64,000 nt of DNA from Octopus vulgaris (taxonomy: Eukaryota). Within the stretch, counting starts at the first letter, position 1. Each line of letters opens with the position of its first letter. The translations under genes were made by a program, and so were the position numbers. The stretch spans positions 22,010,001 to 22,074,000 of the forward strand of contig OX597830.1 in the NCBI GenBank assembly GCA_951406725.2, read 5' to 3'. The notes beneath the pieces are model-generated. The model was not told the origin of the DNA. It was given only the letters and a program-made list of their open reading frames with translations, and did no database searches. Below are positions 37,551-49,533 of the stretch, piece by piece.

Positions 37551-38302
37551 CTAGTTAAACAACCTGTTCTGACTCCCAACTGTACTTGATGGAAAGCCTT
37601 CATTTTGGTATCCTGTGTTGTAAGCACTGAAATAAGGCTGTTGCATTTGTCCATCATTACCACCACCATATGTATTCATCGTGATCCCATCCTGTGCCTG
37701 AGAATTGTCAAACATGTTAGTAGATGTCTGGTTGTACCCCATCCCTTCACTGTTAGTGGGTACCTGGTTGTACCCCATCCCTTCACTGTTAGTGGATCCC
37801 TGGTTGTACCCCATCCCTTCACTGTTAGTGGGTCCCTGGTTGTACCCCATCCCTTCACTGTTAGTGGATCCCTGGTTGTACCCCATCCCTTCACTGTTAG
37901 TGGGTCCCTGGTTGTACCCCATCCCTTCACTGTTAGTTGTTCCCTGGTTGTACCCCATCCCTTCACTGTTAGTAGGTCTCTGGTAGTACCCCATCCCTTC
38001 ACTGTTAGTAGGTCTCTGGTTGTACCCCATCCCGTCACTGTTAGTGGATCTCTGGTTGTACCTCTTCCCTTTACTGTAAGTGGGTCTCTGGTTGTACCCC
38101 TTCCCTTTACTGTTAGTTTTTCTACTACTGTCAACAAATGCTCCAGTAGCGTCACGCCCTGTTGAGTTCACGGGGTTACCAAACCACTGGTCATTGGGTT
38201 GGTTCATGCTACTGTTGCCAATGTCTCCATATGTGTGGGACCAGCTGTCCCCTTTCCTATCTGCACTGCTGGAATCCCAAGATCTCTGGTTAGATCCACC
38301 AC
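37551..38302 (-). CDS. SAFB-like gene, last exon (G/S/N/Q/Y-rich low-complexity tail)
   Basis: ccttttag acceptor, phase 1; GGSNQRSWDSS...QNRLFN*. Confidence 0.85.
37722..38117 (-). repeat. Coding minisatellite, 11 x 36 bp (TNSEGMGYNQGP)
   Basis: Units counted in ORF 37551..38354. Confidence 0.95.
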
Positions 38303-38572
38303 CTAAAAGGAAGACAGAGAAAAGGTGCACAAATATAAAAACTGAAGATTCCAATAAATTAATATTAAAACAGAATAATGAGATATGTAAAGAATAGGAT
38401 TCAAGGAAGAAAGGGATTGTATTGAAAGAGGGATTGCTTCAGAAGGCAGAGAAACAGTGAAAATACTATATTGGGAAATAGAGCGTACAAAATTTCATCT
38501 GTCGGTGAGTGAGTGAAATGGAGAGGGGGAGAGAGCTGGTCAAAAACATCGAGTAAAACAATAGAAACTTAC

Positions 38573-38700
38573 CATGAGAACTTCTCATTTGACTCATTCT
38601 GTTATAAGATGATACAGAATCTTGTTCTCGATTAGGGCCACTATATCTTCTTTCAGGTCCCCTACTTCGACCAATATCTCTTCTTGCATCAAAGCCTGTC
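38573..38700 (-). CDS. SAFB-like gene exon (R/G/S-rich)
   Basis: tttccag / GTAAGT; TGFDARRDIGRSRGPERRYSGPNREQDSVSSYNRMSQMRSSH; phases 2/1. Confidence 0.82.
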
Positions 38701-39088
38701 CTGGAAACAGAAGTAAATCTGACATAAAAAGAGCAAATTTACTTTGTTATAGAAGTGTTTAGAAATATACCTGCACAAAAGGCACTTTGATATTTTGACC
38801 TGGCTTAAACACATGGTTCTGTATAGGTCATCTTGTTAAAACAAGATTGACCTGTATAGAACCATGGGTATATGCCAATACTAACCTATATAGAGGATGT
38901 TGTTTAGACTAACACTCGCTTTTATGGTAGCTTGTTTAGCTCAACAGTGATCTGTAAAAAGGTAAGATCATCATCACTTAAAATCTGCTTCCCATACTGG
39001 CAGAAGATTGCATCAGGCTCTGCCATCTGTTTGGACTGGTTTCTAAGACTAAAAATTCAGATAAAAAAAAAAAAAAAAAGGAAATTAC

Positions 39089-39223
39089 CAGTTTTCATCT
39101 GTCCGAGACCAGTCATTGTATCTGCCTTGGAAATCTTGCGAAGGACCCATTTCCCAACTCCTCATTCCTCTTTCTTTCTGATCGGCCCGTCTTCCATAAT
39201 CTGTATTCTCATATTCATTATAG
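39089..39223 (-). CDS. SAFB-like gene, type-B duplicated exon (copy 2)
   Basis: ctgtcag / GTAATT; YNEYENTDYGRRADQKERGMRSWEMG...; 135 nt, phase 2-2. Confidence 0.8.
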
Positions 39224-40426
39224 CTGACAGAGAAAAAGAGAAATGACATAATATATATGTAACCATGTACCTCCTCTATAACAAAACACCCGTTTTTGCC
39301 TATCTGTTTCTCTGTCACACTCTAACCTTTCATCTGACACAAGATCACCTCCTCCAAAATTCCTTGTCTTGCAAGTTACTTGGTGACCCTGCCAGTGCTG
39401 GTGCCACATAAAAAGCATCCAGTTCACATTGTGAAGTGGTTGGCTTTTGGAAGGGCATCCAGCTATAAAAACCACACCAAGACTGACCTCACCTGTGCTG
39501 GGGTCATGTAAAAAGCACTCAGTCCACTCTGTGGGTCAGTTGGTGTTAGGAAGGACATCCACCTGTAAAAACCATGCCAAAACAGACACAGTAGCCTGGG
39601 GTAGTCTTCTACCTGGCTGGCTCCTGTCAAACCAGCCAACCCGCACCAGCATGGAAGGCAGACAATAATGATGATATATATCATAAACACAATCATTATC
39701 AATTTAACATCTTTTCCAGGTTTACATGGTCTGACGGAATTTATTGAGGTAGATTTTCTACAGCCAGATGCCCTTCCAACTGCCCCCCCCCCCTCACTTG
39801 CTTCCAGGTAAGGTTATATTTCCCCCCTAGCTGGACAAGTTTACACCTGCAACTGGAAATGATCGACACCACTTGTGTGATTGTGAGGCTTATTTACAAC
39901 TATCATGCAATGACAAGGAGACACAAACACACAACTATATACATATGACAGGCTTATTTCAATTCCTGTCTATCATATCCACTCACAAGGTTTTGGTCAG
40001 CCTGAGGCTATAGAAGATACCTGCCCAAGGTGCCACACAGTGGGACTGAACCTGAAAATATATGGTTATATCATCATTGTTTAATGCCTGTTTTCCATGC
40101 TGGCATGGGTTGGACAGTTTGACAGGAGCTGACCAGCTGCAGAGCTGTCCATACTCCAATTGTCTGTTTTGGCATGATTTCTACAGCTCAATGCCCTTCT
40201 TAATGCCAACCATGTTACAGTGTGCTGGATGCATTTTTATGTACCAGCAGCATGAGTGCATTTTACATGGCATCGGCATAAGTATACACACACACACACA
40301 CACACACAAGTGCAAGAGGTCAAAGGCTGAGAAAGGCAAAAAGAAAAAGAAAAACCTAATGAAAAACCACACAGTTCCAGTAAATATGAAGTCAGGAAGG
40401 AACTGTCTCCATCTTGCGAAACTTAC

Positions 40427-40558
40427 TATGATTCATTCTGGAATGGGGGTTCATATCTAGAAGTGTTGTTGTTATAACCACTCATCCTGGATCTTCTGGG
40501 TCCGTTCCAGGGTTCGTCCCCACGAGGTCTCTTCATAGAATGACTCATTTCCCCCATC
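40427..40558 (-). CDS. SAFB-like gene, type-A duplicated exon (copy 6)
   Basis: aaaatag / GTAAGT; MGEMSHSMKRPRGDEPWNGPRRSRMSGYNNNTSRYEPPFQNES; 132 nt, phase 2-2. Confidence 0.8.
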
Positions 40559-43315
40559 CTATTTTAAACAATAAACAGCAAAATAAAGTTAACAGAAGTA
40601 AACAACTATAGCACTGAATGCTAAGCAAATAGAGAATAAGATAGTGAATAGTCTTAACTCCAAACAAGTGCTTCCTATGTGGTTGTTCAAGCAACTAGAA
40701 ACAGCAGCCAAATCTTTAAATCCCTCTTTGCTGTCTTATAAACATAAAAAATAGATAATGTAGGTCTACATTATCTATTTTTATTAGTATTAGATAATGT
40801 AGACCTATATATTATATCTGAAAAATACATAGAATGATCATGGACGGAATACTTTTGATCAAAGGTCTGCTGTATCTGATCTGATTTAGTGCAGAACAAC
40901 ACCACCAGGGAGTTTGTAACCACAGAACAAAAACAACTGAGGCTGTTGTGTACTCTGTAGAGAAGCTGGTATATGCTCCAACAGTGATGTAAATAGAAGT
41001 TGTCGCTAACAAGAACTCTGACCTATTAGTGCACCTGCCAACATTTGGATCAACACTGACCTGTACAGAGCCAAAATCAAAGTTAAATATTATACATCAT
41101 TACTATTCTGGACCAGTCATCAGTTTGTTACTGATTTAACATCTCAGACAGGACTCTTCCACAAATACTTTATCATTTCTTATTTGTTATGTTCATCAAA
41201 GCAGCCTTCAACTTCCAGTTCTGCTTTCCCTACTCTCATGATGTCATTAATAATCTGTAACCAAATAGTCATTTTTTTTCTTTTATACTTAATGGGTCTG
41301 GAGCAAGTGGCAGGACCCATAGCTTTCACAGGCCTTCTTGACAGGTGAGACTGGTAACATCAACATTCTTCTTGAATATTGTTTCAAGTCAACATTTGTT
41401 GGAAAGATATGAGCAGTAAAGAAATTGCAGAATTTTCTGGGGGGGAAAAAAGATTGGTCATAGAAATCAATGAAGGACCTGGGGCAGGGGTGAATGAAAC
41501 AACATGTGTGATCAGATGAGAAGAGGTAAGTGGAATTGGAATGTCTGGAAGTGGGTGGCTTAAAACAACTATTTCCTGAGGAGCAGAGGCTATTATAGCA
41601 ACGGTAGGAGACAATGTGCTTGTGGACAAGGGGCTGGAACACATCTGTAACTTCATGCCAATCAATCGGCCTTTTCTGGATAGGGTTTCAGATGTTTGTG
41701 CAGATGTGGAATTTTTAGATAATTAGTTTTCTTTCTGTTACAAACCCATCTACTACTACTACTACTACTACACACACATCTACTGCTATCAGTTCTTCAC
41801 TATACTATAGACATTCCTTCCTCTCTGGACTTTGTACATCATCATCATCTTATCATTTAATGTCTGTTTTTCCATGCTGGCATGGGTTGGACAGTTTGAC
41901 AGGAGCTGGTAAAGCCCGGGAGGGGGGCACACCAGGCTCCTTTGTCTGTTCTGGCATGGTTTTTACAGCTGGATGCCCTTCCTAAAACTATTTTACAATG
42001 TACTGGGTGCTTTTTACATGGCATCAGTACAGGTATCAATTCTGCAGTGGTGGATGGGTCTTCTTGATTACAGCAAGATGCCGATATCTCAGTCCTTTGT
42101 CATATCCTTCATAAGGCTAAGTGTCTTGAGATTGGCTTTCAGTACTCCATCCCATGTTTTCCTGGGTCTCCCCCTTCTACAAGCCCCATCCACTTTAAGG
42201 GATTGGCATCCAATGACCAAACCAACACATCTTGTCTTGCACACTACATCTAATTCCTCTTATCTCAAACTTTTCTCACACTACATTAGCACTCCATTGC
42301 ACAGCCAGCAGAGCATAATAGCTTCATTTCTCTCTAGCCTTCACATGTTCTCTGCATTCAAGGCCCACATCTCACCACCATGTAGCATTGCTGTTCATAT
42401 ACATGCACCAGTTGTACAACTTCTCTAGACTTTTTAAATTAGTGTTTTACTGTGTTGTTTTTAAAACTTAACATTTTTTGTTACGTCAACATCTCTTGCC
42501 TTTAACGGTCCTGATTACTTCACTATTTCCTCTTCTCGCCTCAAGAAATGTTTTGATTAATATGTCTCTAAATCCCTGACTGTTCACTGCATCTTAAAGC
42601 CTTTATATCTTCCTTTTTCATATTGATTTGTGTCTGTAAGTTCTTTGATCTCAAAGTCTGAAACCACTAACCACTAGGCTTGAATGGGTTTGATAGAGTT
42701 TACTGGGGCAGATTTTCTACAGTTAGATGCCTTTCCTTTCACCAACCTTTGTTTCTAACCAACGTAACATTGCCCATGACAGACCATGTCTTCACAGGAT
42801 ATTGCCTAGCCTTCCTTCTGGCTCCCTGATACAATGCTTTGCTTCCACCGTTTTCCCAGTCCTTCCAAGCCTGTCTCTTTGCTCTTATAGCACTGTCCAC
42901 CTCCTTGTTCCACCACCAAGTCGCCCTCGGCCTAACTGAGACTTTGCATCAACCACAGATTTGGTCAGCAGTACCCAGTAAACAATATATACTATGTAGA
43001 TACGTAAGGGAAAAGTGTATCTGTTTATTCCACTGTTAGTTTATATATATACACGCACACACACAAACATACATACACGTGTGAGAGTAAGTATGTATAT
43101 ACACAAACATAATACATGCATATATGTGTGTGTGGGTGAGAGTGTGTACACACACAAATAGACATATAATGCAGATACTTATATAATTACACACAAGAAG
43201 ACAAAACTGAGAAAAGAAAAAGAAAAGGAGAAACTTTAATGTTGAACATCACAATTTCAATGAATAAGAAATCAATGAAGCCCTACACACAGGGTTTCCA
43301 GTACACACAGCTTAC

Positions 43316-43447
43316 CGAGATTCATTCTGGAATGGAAGATCAAATCTAGAAGCGTTGTTATAATTGCTCATGCTGGGTCGATTGGGTTCCTCGTGTTGTT
43401 TCCTTTGATTCAGAGGCATCTGTATGGAATGTACCAGTTCTCTCAGC
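43316..43447 (-). CDS. SAFB-like gene, type-A duplicated exon (copy 5)
   Basis: aaaatag / GTAAGC; LRELVHSIQMPLNQRKQHEEPNRPSMSNYNNASRFDLPFQNES; 132 nt. Confidence 0.75.
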
Positions 43448-44019
43448 CTATTTTAAAGAATAAGCAACAAATGAAGTTAACAGAAGTAAACAATTGCTGT
43501 ACTGAATGATAGCAGGTAAGGGAAAAGATAGTAAATAGCCTTAAATCTCAATAATACACAACTAAGCTAAGGAGCGTACTTCTAGGTGATTACTCAATGA
43601 AAATCAACAGCCAAATCTTTGACAAATCACTATTTATTGGCTTAAAATTTTAAATGGATGCAACAGATAATGTAGGCCTACATTATGTCTAAAAATAGAT
43701 GGAATGATCAAGACCGGAATACCTTTGATCAAAGGTCTGCTCAATTTGATGAAACCTAGGAGTAAACAACACAAGCTGTGGATTTAGAATCACAAAACAA
43801 GAACAATTAATGACTAGCATTGACCTCTACGAAAAGCTGGTATATGCATCAACACTGACCAAGACAGAGGCTGGTGCATGCACCAACACTGATCTATATG
43901 AAGAATATTGTTTACAACAAAACTCATCTATATATCAGCTCACGTTTAGATCAACATGGATTTTATATAGTTAAAATCAAAAGTAAAAGTTAAGACGTTT
44001 AAATAACAAGCAAAATTAC

Positions 44020-44385
44020 TGTTTAAGTTTTTCTTCAATTTGTGTTTCAACTTTCTTTTGAACATCTGGGAAAGGATCTGTTCTCTGCTTCTTCATTTGT
44101 TTTTCTTCAGGGACATCAGAATGGCTTCCACCTCCCGAAACTTCAGGGACATCAGATTGGCTTCCACCTCCCGAAACTTCAGGGACATCAGATTGGCTTC
44201 CACCTCCCAAAACTTCAGGGACATCAGATTGGCTTCCACCTCCCGAAACTTCAGGAACATCAGAATGGCTTCCATCTCCCGAAACTTCAGGGACATCAGA
44301 ATGGCTTCCACCTCCCAAAACTTTCCCACTCCTCTCATTATGCTGAACTTGTTTTCCATAATCTGTGTTCTTGTATTCATTAACA
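44020..44385 (-). CDS. SAFB-like gene, type-B duplicated exon (copy 1, repeat-expanded)
   Basis: ctcacag / GTAATT; VNEYKNTDYGKQ...(EVSGGGSQSDVP)x6...IEEKLK; 366 nt, phase 2-2. Confidence 0.75.
44105..44320 (-). repeat. Coding minisatellite, 6 x 36 bp (EVSGGGSQSDVP)
   Basis: Unit CTTCAGGGACATCAGA(A/T)TGGCTTCCACCTCCC(G/A)AAA on the plus strand. Confidence 0.95.
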
Positions 44386-44508
44386 CTGTGAGAAAAAGAG
44401 ATAAAAAATGATACACACACGCACTTGTAAGATGCCAACATTAAAAAAGGTGAAAGAAATTTTAATTTAGAACATCACATTTCCAGTAATCTCTATCACA
44501 CTGCTTAC

Positions 44509-44655
44509 CGAAACTGACTTTGTAATAGAAGTCCTAATGCAGCGAGTATAGGGGAATTTCTCATTAGCGATCCCATGGGTCCAGCCAAGAGGGCTTCAAT
44601 TTGGGGATTGCTTCCATCTTGAGGTTTTTGCATGGAACCGATTGTGTCTTTCAGC
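44509..44655 (-). CDS. SAFB-like gene, type-A duplicated exon (copy 4)
   Basis: aaaatag / GTAAGC; LKDTIGSMQKPQDGSNPQIEALLAGPMGSLMRNSPILAALGLLLQSQF; 147 nt. Confidence 0.72.
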
Positions 44656-45662
44656 CTATTTTAAATAGTAAACAACAAAATGACATTAACAAAAGTAAAC
44701 AACCCTCTACTGAATGATAAGCAGATAGATGATAAGATGATAGGCTTAACTCTGAACAATAAACAACTAGGACACCAGTTGTGCCAACAAGAGTGTCTTT
44801 ATGTGACAGCTAAGGCAACTAAAAAATGGCAACCAAATTTTTGTCAAATCATTCTTTGTTGCCATGAAAATTTAAATGGCAGTGCCCCAGCATGGCCACA
44901 GCTCATGAGCTGAAACTGGAATCAATCAATCAATCAATCAGATAATGTAAGCCTATATTATGTCTAAAAACAGATGGAATAATCAAGACTTAAATACCTC
45001 TGATCAAAGATCTGTTCAGTATGGTGAGACATAAAGGTATAACCACAAACAAGAACAATTAGTGACAGGTATGTACACTAGCACTTGTAAAAGGCCAAAG
45101 GCAAAAGTAATGTTAATTTAGAACACAGCAATTCTAGTACAGTAACCACTCGCCATATCATGGTTCATCTATCACACCCTCAGTACATCGTAGATTTTTC
45201 AGGCTAATATATGTAAATTTACATCATGGACTCCTCAGTATATTGTGGATTTCTGAGGCCAATAGATGTTTATATTTTTTTACATTTCAATTATTTCTGT
45301 AGTAAAATAAGCATTTTCATGCCTAAAATTCAATCAATAAAAATACAGCTCTTTCTGTACTGTATAACACATTAATTAAAATATATTAAAAGAAAATACG
45401 TAGTGTACCGTAGATGAGTAAACAAAGAATTGCACACACCGTATGGAAAACTAAAGCCAGGAGGCGAGTGTGTAGTGTTGTTTTGCATTTGTAATAAATA
45501 TATACAAATTATAAAAATAATAAAATATACAGTACATTACTGTTTCTATTTCTTGGACTTTCACCTATCGAGGGTTTTTTTCAAAAGCAACACTTGCAAT
45601 AGTCAAGGGATTACTGTAAAATGAAAGCAATGGTATATTGGTGTCCATCACACACAGCTTAC

Positions 45663-45803
45663 CAAGGTTGATTGTGGAATGGAAGTTCAAATAGAGAGGG
45701 GACATGGACATTGAACCTCCTATTCCTCTTTCTCTTTGATTGTGTGGGTCCATCTCGGTTACTTTGAAATTGAGATCTCTGCATGGAATGGCTTGCTTCC
45801 ATC
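45663..45803 (-). CDS. SAFB-like gene, type-A duplicated exon (copy 3)
   Basis: aaaacag / GTAAGC; MEASHSMQRSQFQSNRDGPTQSKRKRNRRFNVHVPSLFELPFHNQP; 141 nt. Confidence 0.72.
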
Positions 45804-46039
45804 CTGTTTTAAACAATAAACAGGAAAATGAAGTTAACAGAAATAAACAATTGCTGGATCGAATGATAAGCAGTGAGAGGAAAACATTAAATAACCTTAA
45901 CCCTAAACACCAACTGAATCAACACAAGTGCCTCCATGGTACTTGACAGACAAGAAACAGCAACCAAATCTTCTGAAAAATCATTTGCTAAAGAAAAAAA
46001 AATGGATTCACTGAATTGTCTCCATCACACACAACTTAC

Positions 46040-46186
46040 TGAGATTGATTTTGGGATGGAAGTTCAAATATAGACAGAATATTGGAATTTCTCTCCTTTG
46101 ATCCTGTGAATCCACTGGAGAACTCTCCCTTACATGGGTTGCCTCAATCAAGAGGCCTTTTCACAGAACATGTCATTTCTTCCAGC
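46040..46186 (-). pseudogene. Type-A duplicated exon (copy 2) with in-frame TGA: pseudo-exon or poison exon
   Basis: Intact aaaatag / GTAAGT sites, 147 nt; LEEMTCSVKRPLD*GNPCKGEF...IFELPSQNQS. TGA at 46144-46146. Confidence 0.7.
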
Positions 46187-46817
46187 CTATTTTAAACAAT
46201 AAACAGCGAAATGAAGATACTGCGCAGAATAAGCAGCCAGAGGATAAGATAGTAAATAACTTTTTACAGAAGGGTAAATGATCAGAGTACCAAGCAAGCC
46301 AACATGAATATAGTACTCAACATACTAGAAACAGCAGCTAAATCTTCCTACTCCCCACCCCAAAAAATGTAGTCGAGCCTGTGTGATAAGAAGTTAGCTT
46401 CCCAACCATATTGTTCCAAGTTCAGTCTCACTGCACAGCACCTTGGGAAAGTGTCTTCTACTGCAGCTTTGGGTCAACCAAAACCTTGCGAATGGATTTG
46501 GTAGATGGAAACTGAAAGAAGCCTGTCACTCTGGGTGTGTGTGTGCGCATGTATATATCCATCTATATGTTTGAGTCTTTGTGCTTATCCCCTACCACTG
46601 CTTGACAACCAGTGTTGATTTGCTTACTTCCCCATAACTTAGTGATTTGGCAAATAGAGATCGACAGAATAAGCACCAGGCTTTCATAAAAAACTTAGTA
46701 ACGGAGTCAAGTTGTTTGACTAAACGTTTCACAGCAGTACCCCAGCATAGCTATAGTACAATGACCGAAACAAGATGAAGAGTAAAAGATAGATTGTCTC
46801 TGTCATGCATGACTTAC

Positions 46818-46940
46818 CAGGGTTGATTTTGGAATGGAAATTGAAACATGGAGGGGGTATGGGAACTGTTCCTCCGTGATCCCTTATTCATATTTCTTGG
46901 ATCACCAGGATTTTCTATGGCATTTCTCATCTCATTCAGC
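46818..46940 (-). CDS. SAFB-like gene, type-A duplicated exon (copy 1)
   Basis: taaatag / GTAAGT; LNEMRNAIENPGDPRNMNKGSRRNSSHTPSMFQFPFQNQP; 123 nt. Confidence 0.75.
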
Positions 46941-47446
46941 CTATTTAAAACAACAAACAGAAAAATAAAGTAAACAACTGCTGCACTGAATGATAGAGGA
47001 AAAGATAGTAAATAGTCAAGACACCACCGAGACAAGTGGGGCATACATTCCCACCAGTGGGACCTGGGAAAATTGTGGTAGGGTGTGGGAGTTAACATTT
47101 TTTTTTTTTAGTGGGATATGTAATTTTGAAAATCTTTTTACAGCAAACAGACCACACCTATACTTAGCCTAGCCAAGTTAATCCCCCCAGCCAAGCATAC
47201 AGTATGAAGACTGTTTGCTACAGTATAGCACTATTCTAATGCCCCAGTGTGGATATTTCTTTAAGAAAAGTATATAATTATGAAAGGCGTGGCTGTGTGG
47301 TAAGTAGCTTGCTTCCCAATCACATGGTTCCAGGTTCAGTCCCATTGTGTGGCACCTTAGGCAAGTGTCTTCTACCATAGTATCAAGCTGTCCAAAAAGC
47401 CTTGAGTAGATTTGGTAGATGGAAACTGAAACAAGCCCATCATGTA

Positions 47447-47494
<48 letters not shown>

Positions 47495-48440
47495 AAAGAT
47501 AAAGTTGATTTTTTTTTTCCAACTACCAGGGGGACATATATTTTTCTGGAAAGTTATAGTAGGGCCTGGGAAAAAATAGGTTGGGAAAACTGCTCTATGG
47601 CATTCAACATACTAGCAACAGCAGCCAAATCTTCCTTTAGAAAGAAAAAGAGTTTTAAAAAATCGTTCCTCACCATCTCTCGAAAAAAGAAAAAAAAGAG
47701 AGCAAAAAATCAGATACATTGGACAACATAGTTCTCAAGTCTTAAAAATAGGTTGAACGATCACAGCTTTGACTATAGGTCTACACAATCTGGACTGATC
47801 AATAGTTGATTTATAGCCAGAGAATAAGACAATAAACAGCTCCAATATCAATACAATAGCTGATATACCAATGTAGATAATGGGATTTATTCTTTGCTAC
47901 TGAAAAACAAGAGACCTTCACAGTAAATAATTTCATTTTTCATAAAACAAGGTTGCTTTATAAATATGTTGCTGTCAATCCTGATTGAGTGGAATATGAA
48001 GAAAAATATTACAGCAGAAGTGTTAAGACCCGTCCCTCTGGTGGTGAAAAGCACTTCTGGCAGTGCCATGTGAAAGCACCCAGCACACACTATAAAGTGG
48101 TTAGTGTTAGAAAGGGCATCCAGCTGAGGAAACCATGCCAAATCAAACTGAAGTCTGGTGCAGCTCCCCAGCTTTGCTCAAATTATCCAACCCATGCCAG
48201 CATGGACAACAGATGTTAAAAGATGATGATGATGATGATGAACCACAATTTTATTTAGCTTCACGTATCTTCTCAAGCACAGCTAACTGCCAAAAGTCTT
48301 GGTTCCTTGTCAAGCAAAACACCAGAAATTTCAGCCCCCAAGGGGAATAAAATAAATTAGTCAAGTTATATAAGTGATGTCAAAGACAATGATAAAAAAA
48401 TTTAAGTCGACAGAGTGACAACACAATCTGTCTCACTCAC

Positions 48441-48536
48441 CGCAACACCTCTGTCCATCGAAAATTCAGTTCAAGAAGTTGTCTTCCTATTTCAAATTTT
48501 GATAGGTTCTGATTTTGTAGTTTCATTTTCTCCCAC
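48441..48536 (-). CDS. SAFB-like gene exon (helical region)
   Basis: ttttcag / GTGAGT; WEKMKLQNQNLSKFEIGRQLLELNFRWTEVL; 96 nt, phase 2-2. Confidence 0.72.
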
Positions 48537-49208
48537 CTGAAAAGTGTGAAATAACATAAATAAAGATATCAAAAATTTAAACAAAAAGAAAACGAAAATC
48601 ATAGCCTACACACACCAACCTGCAACTAATCTGACTAGTATTACTTTACAGAATATCAAAGAAACTTACATTGGAATCCCTGGGAAAATTAAGCATTTGT
48701 CCCAAGATCACTTTTCTAACCTTAAATATTTGAAATATTAGAAGCAGCTGCAGCTATCTAAACAAATAGGTGCAGGAGTGGCTGTGTGGTAAGTAGCTTG
48801 TTTACCAACCACATGGTTCCTGGTTCAGTCCCACTGCGTGGCACCTTGGTCAAGTGTCTTCTACTATAGCCTCAGGCCGACCAAAGCCTTGTGAGTGGAT
48901 TTGGTAGACGGAAACTGAAAGAAGCCTGTCATATATATGTATATATATATGTATGCGTGTGTGTGTTTGTCCTCCTAGCATTACTTGACAACCGATGCTG
49001 GTGTGTTTAGGTCCCCGTTACTTAGCGGTTCAGCAAAGAGACTTGACAGAATAAGTACTGGGTTTACAAAAGAATAAGTCGTGGGGTCGAGTTGCTCAAT
49101 TAAAGGCGGTGCTCCAGCATGGCTGCAGTCAAATGACTGAAACAAGTAAAAGAATAAAAGAGTAAACTCTTTAACCCTTTAGCATTCAGATTACTATCAA
49201 ATGTGGCT

Positions 49209-49533
49209 GAGACCCCCTTCGGTCATGACCGACCATGGGATTACACCTAGAAAGTTACCCTCCCAAGCACAAGTCAGGGCAGGATTGTTTATGGGAGACC
49301 AGCAGCCGCCCATGCATACTGGCCTCCCCTCTCCATGCCACCAGTGTTATCCAAGGGAAAGGCAAAGGCTGATACAGCTCGGCCCCTGTGACGTTGCAAC
49401 TCATTTCTACCGCTGAGTGAACAGGAGCAACATGAAATAAAGTGTCTTGCTCAAGAACACAACATGCAGCCCGGTCCAGGATTCAACCTCACAATCGTAA
49501 GCTTGACGCTCTAACCACTGAGCCATGCGCCTT
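49209..49533 (-). mobile_element. tRNA-derived SINE family B, inserted in a TTAA-type MITE starting at about 49171
   Basis: Matches 3184..3524. It interrupts TTAACCCTTTAGCATTCAGATTACT... Confidence 0.75.

Noticed and set aside
37722-38117. 36-bp repeats resembling a CRISPR array (also 44105-44320)
   Set aside because: Units are contiguous with no unique spacers, they are in frame within spliced exons, and there are no cas genes.
37605-38165. Overlapping ORFs in other frames and on the plus strand over the minisatellites (also 44040-44416)
   Set aside because: Stop-free repeats of period 36 stay open in several frames. Only one frame is supported by splice phases.
44016-44019. TAA ending ORF 44016..44441 as the end of the gene (likewise 39085, 46814, 32908)
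   Set aside because: The TAA is part of a GTAA donor, and downstream exons continue in phase.
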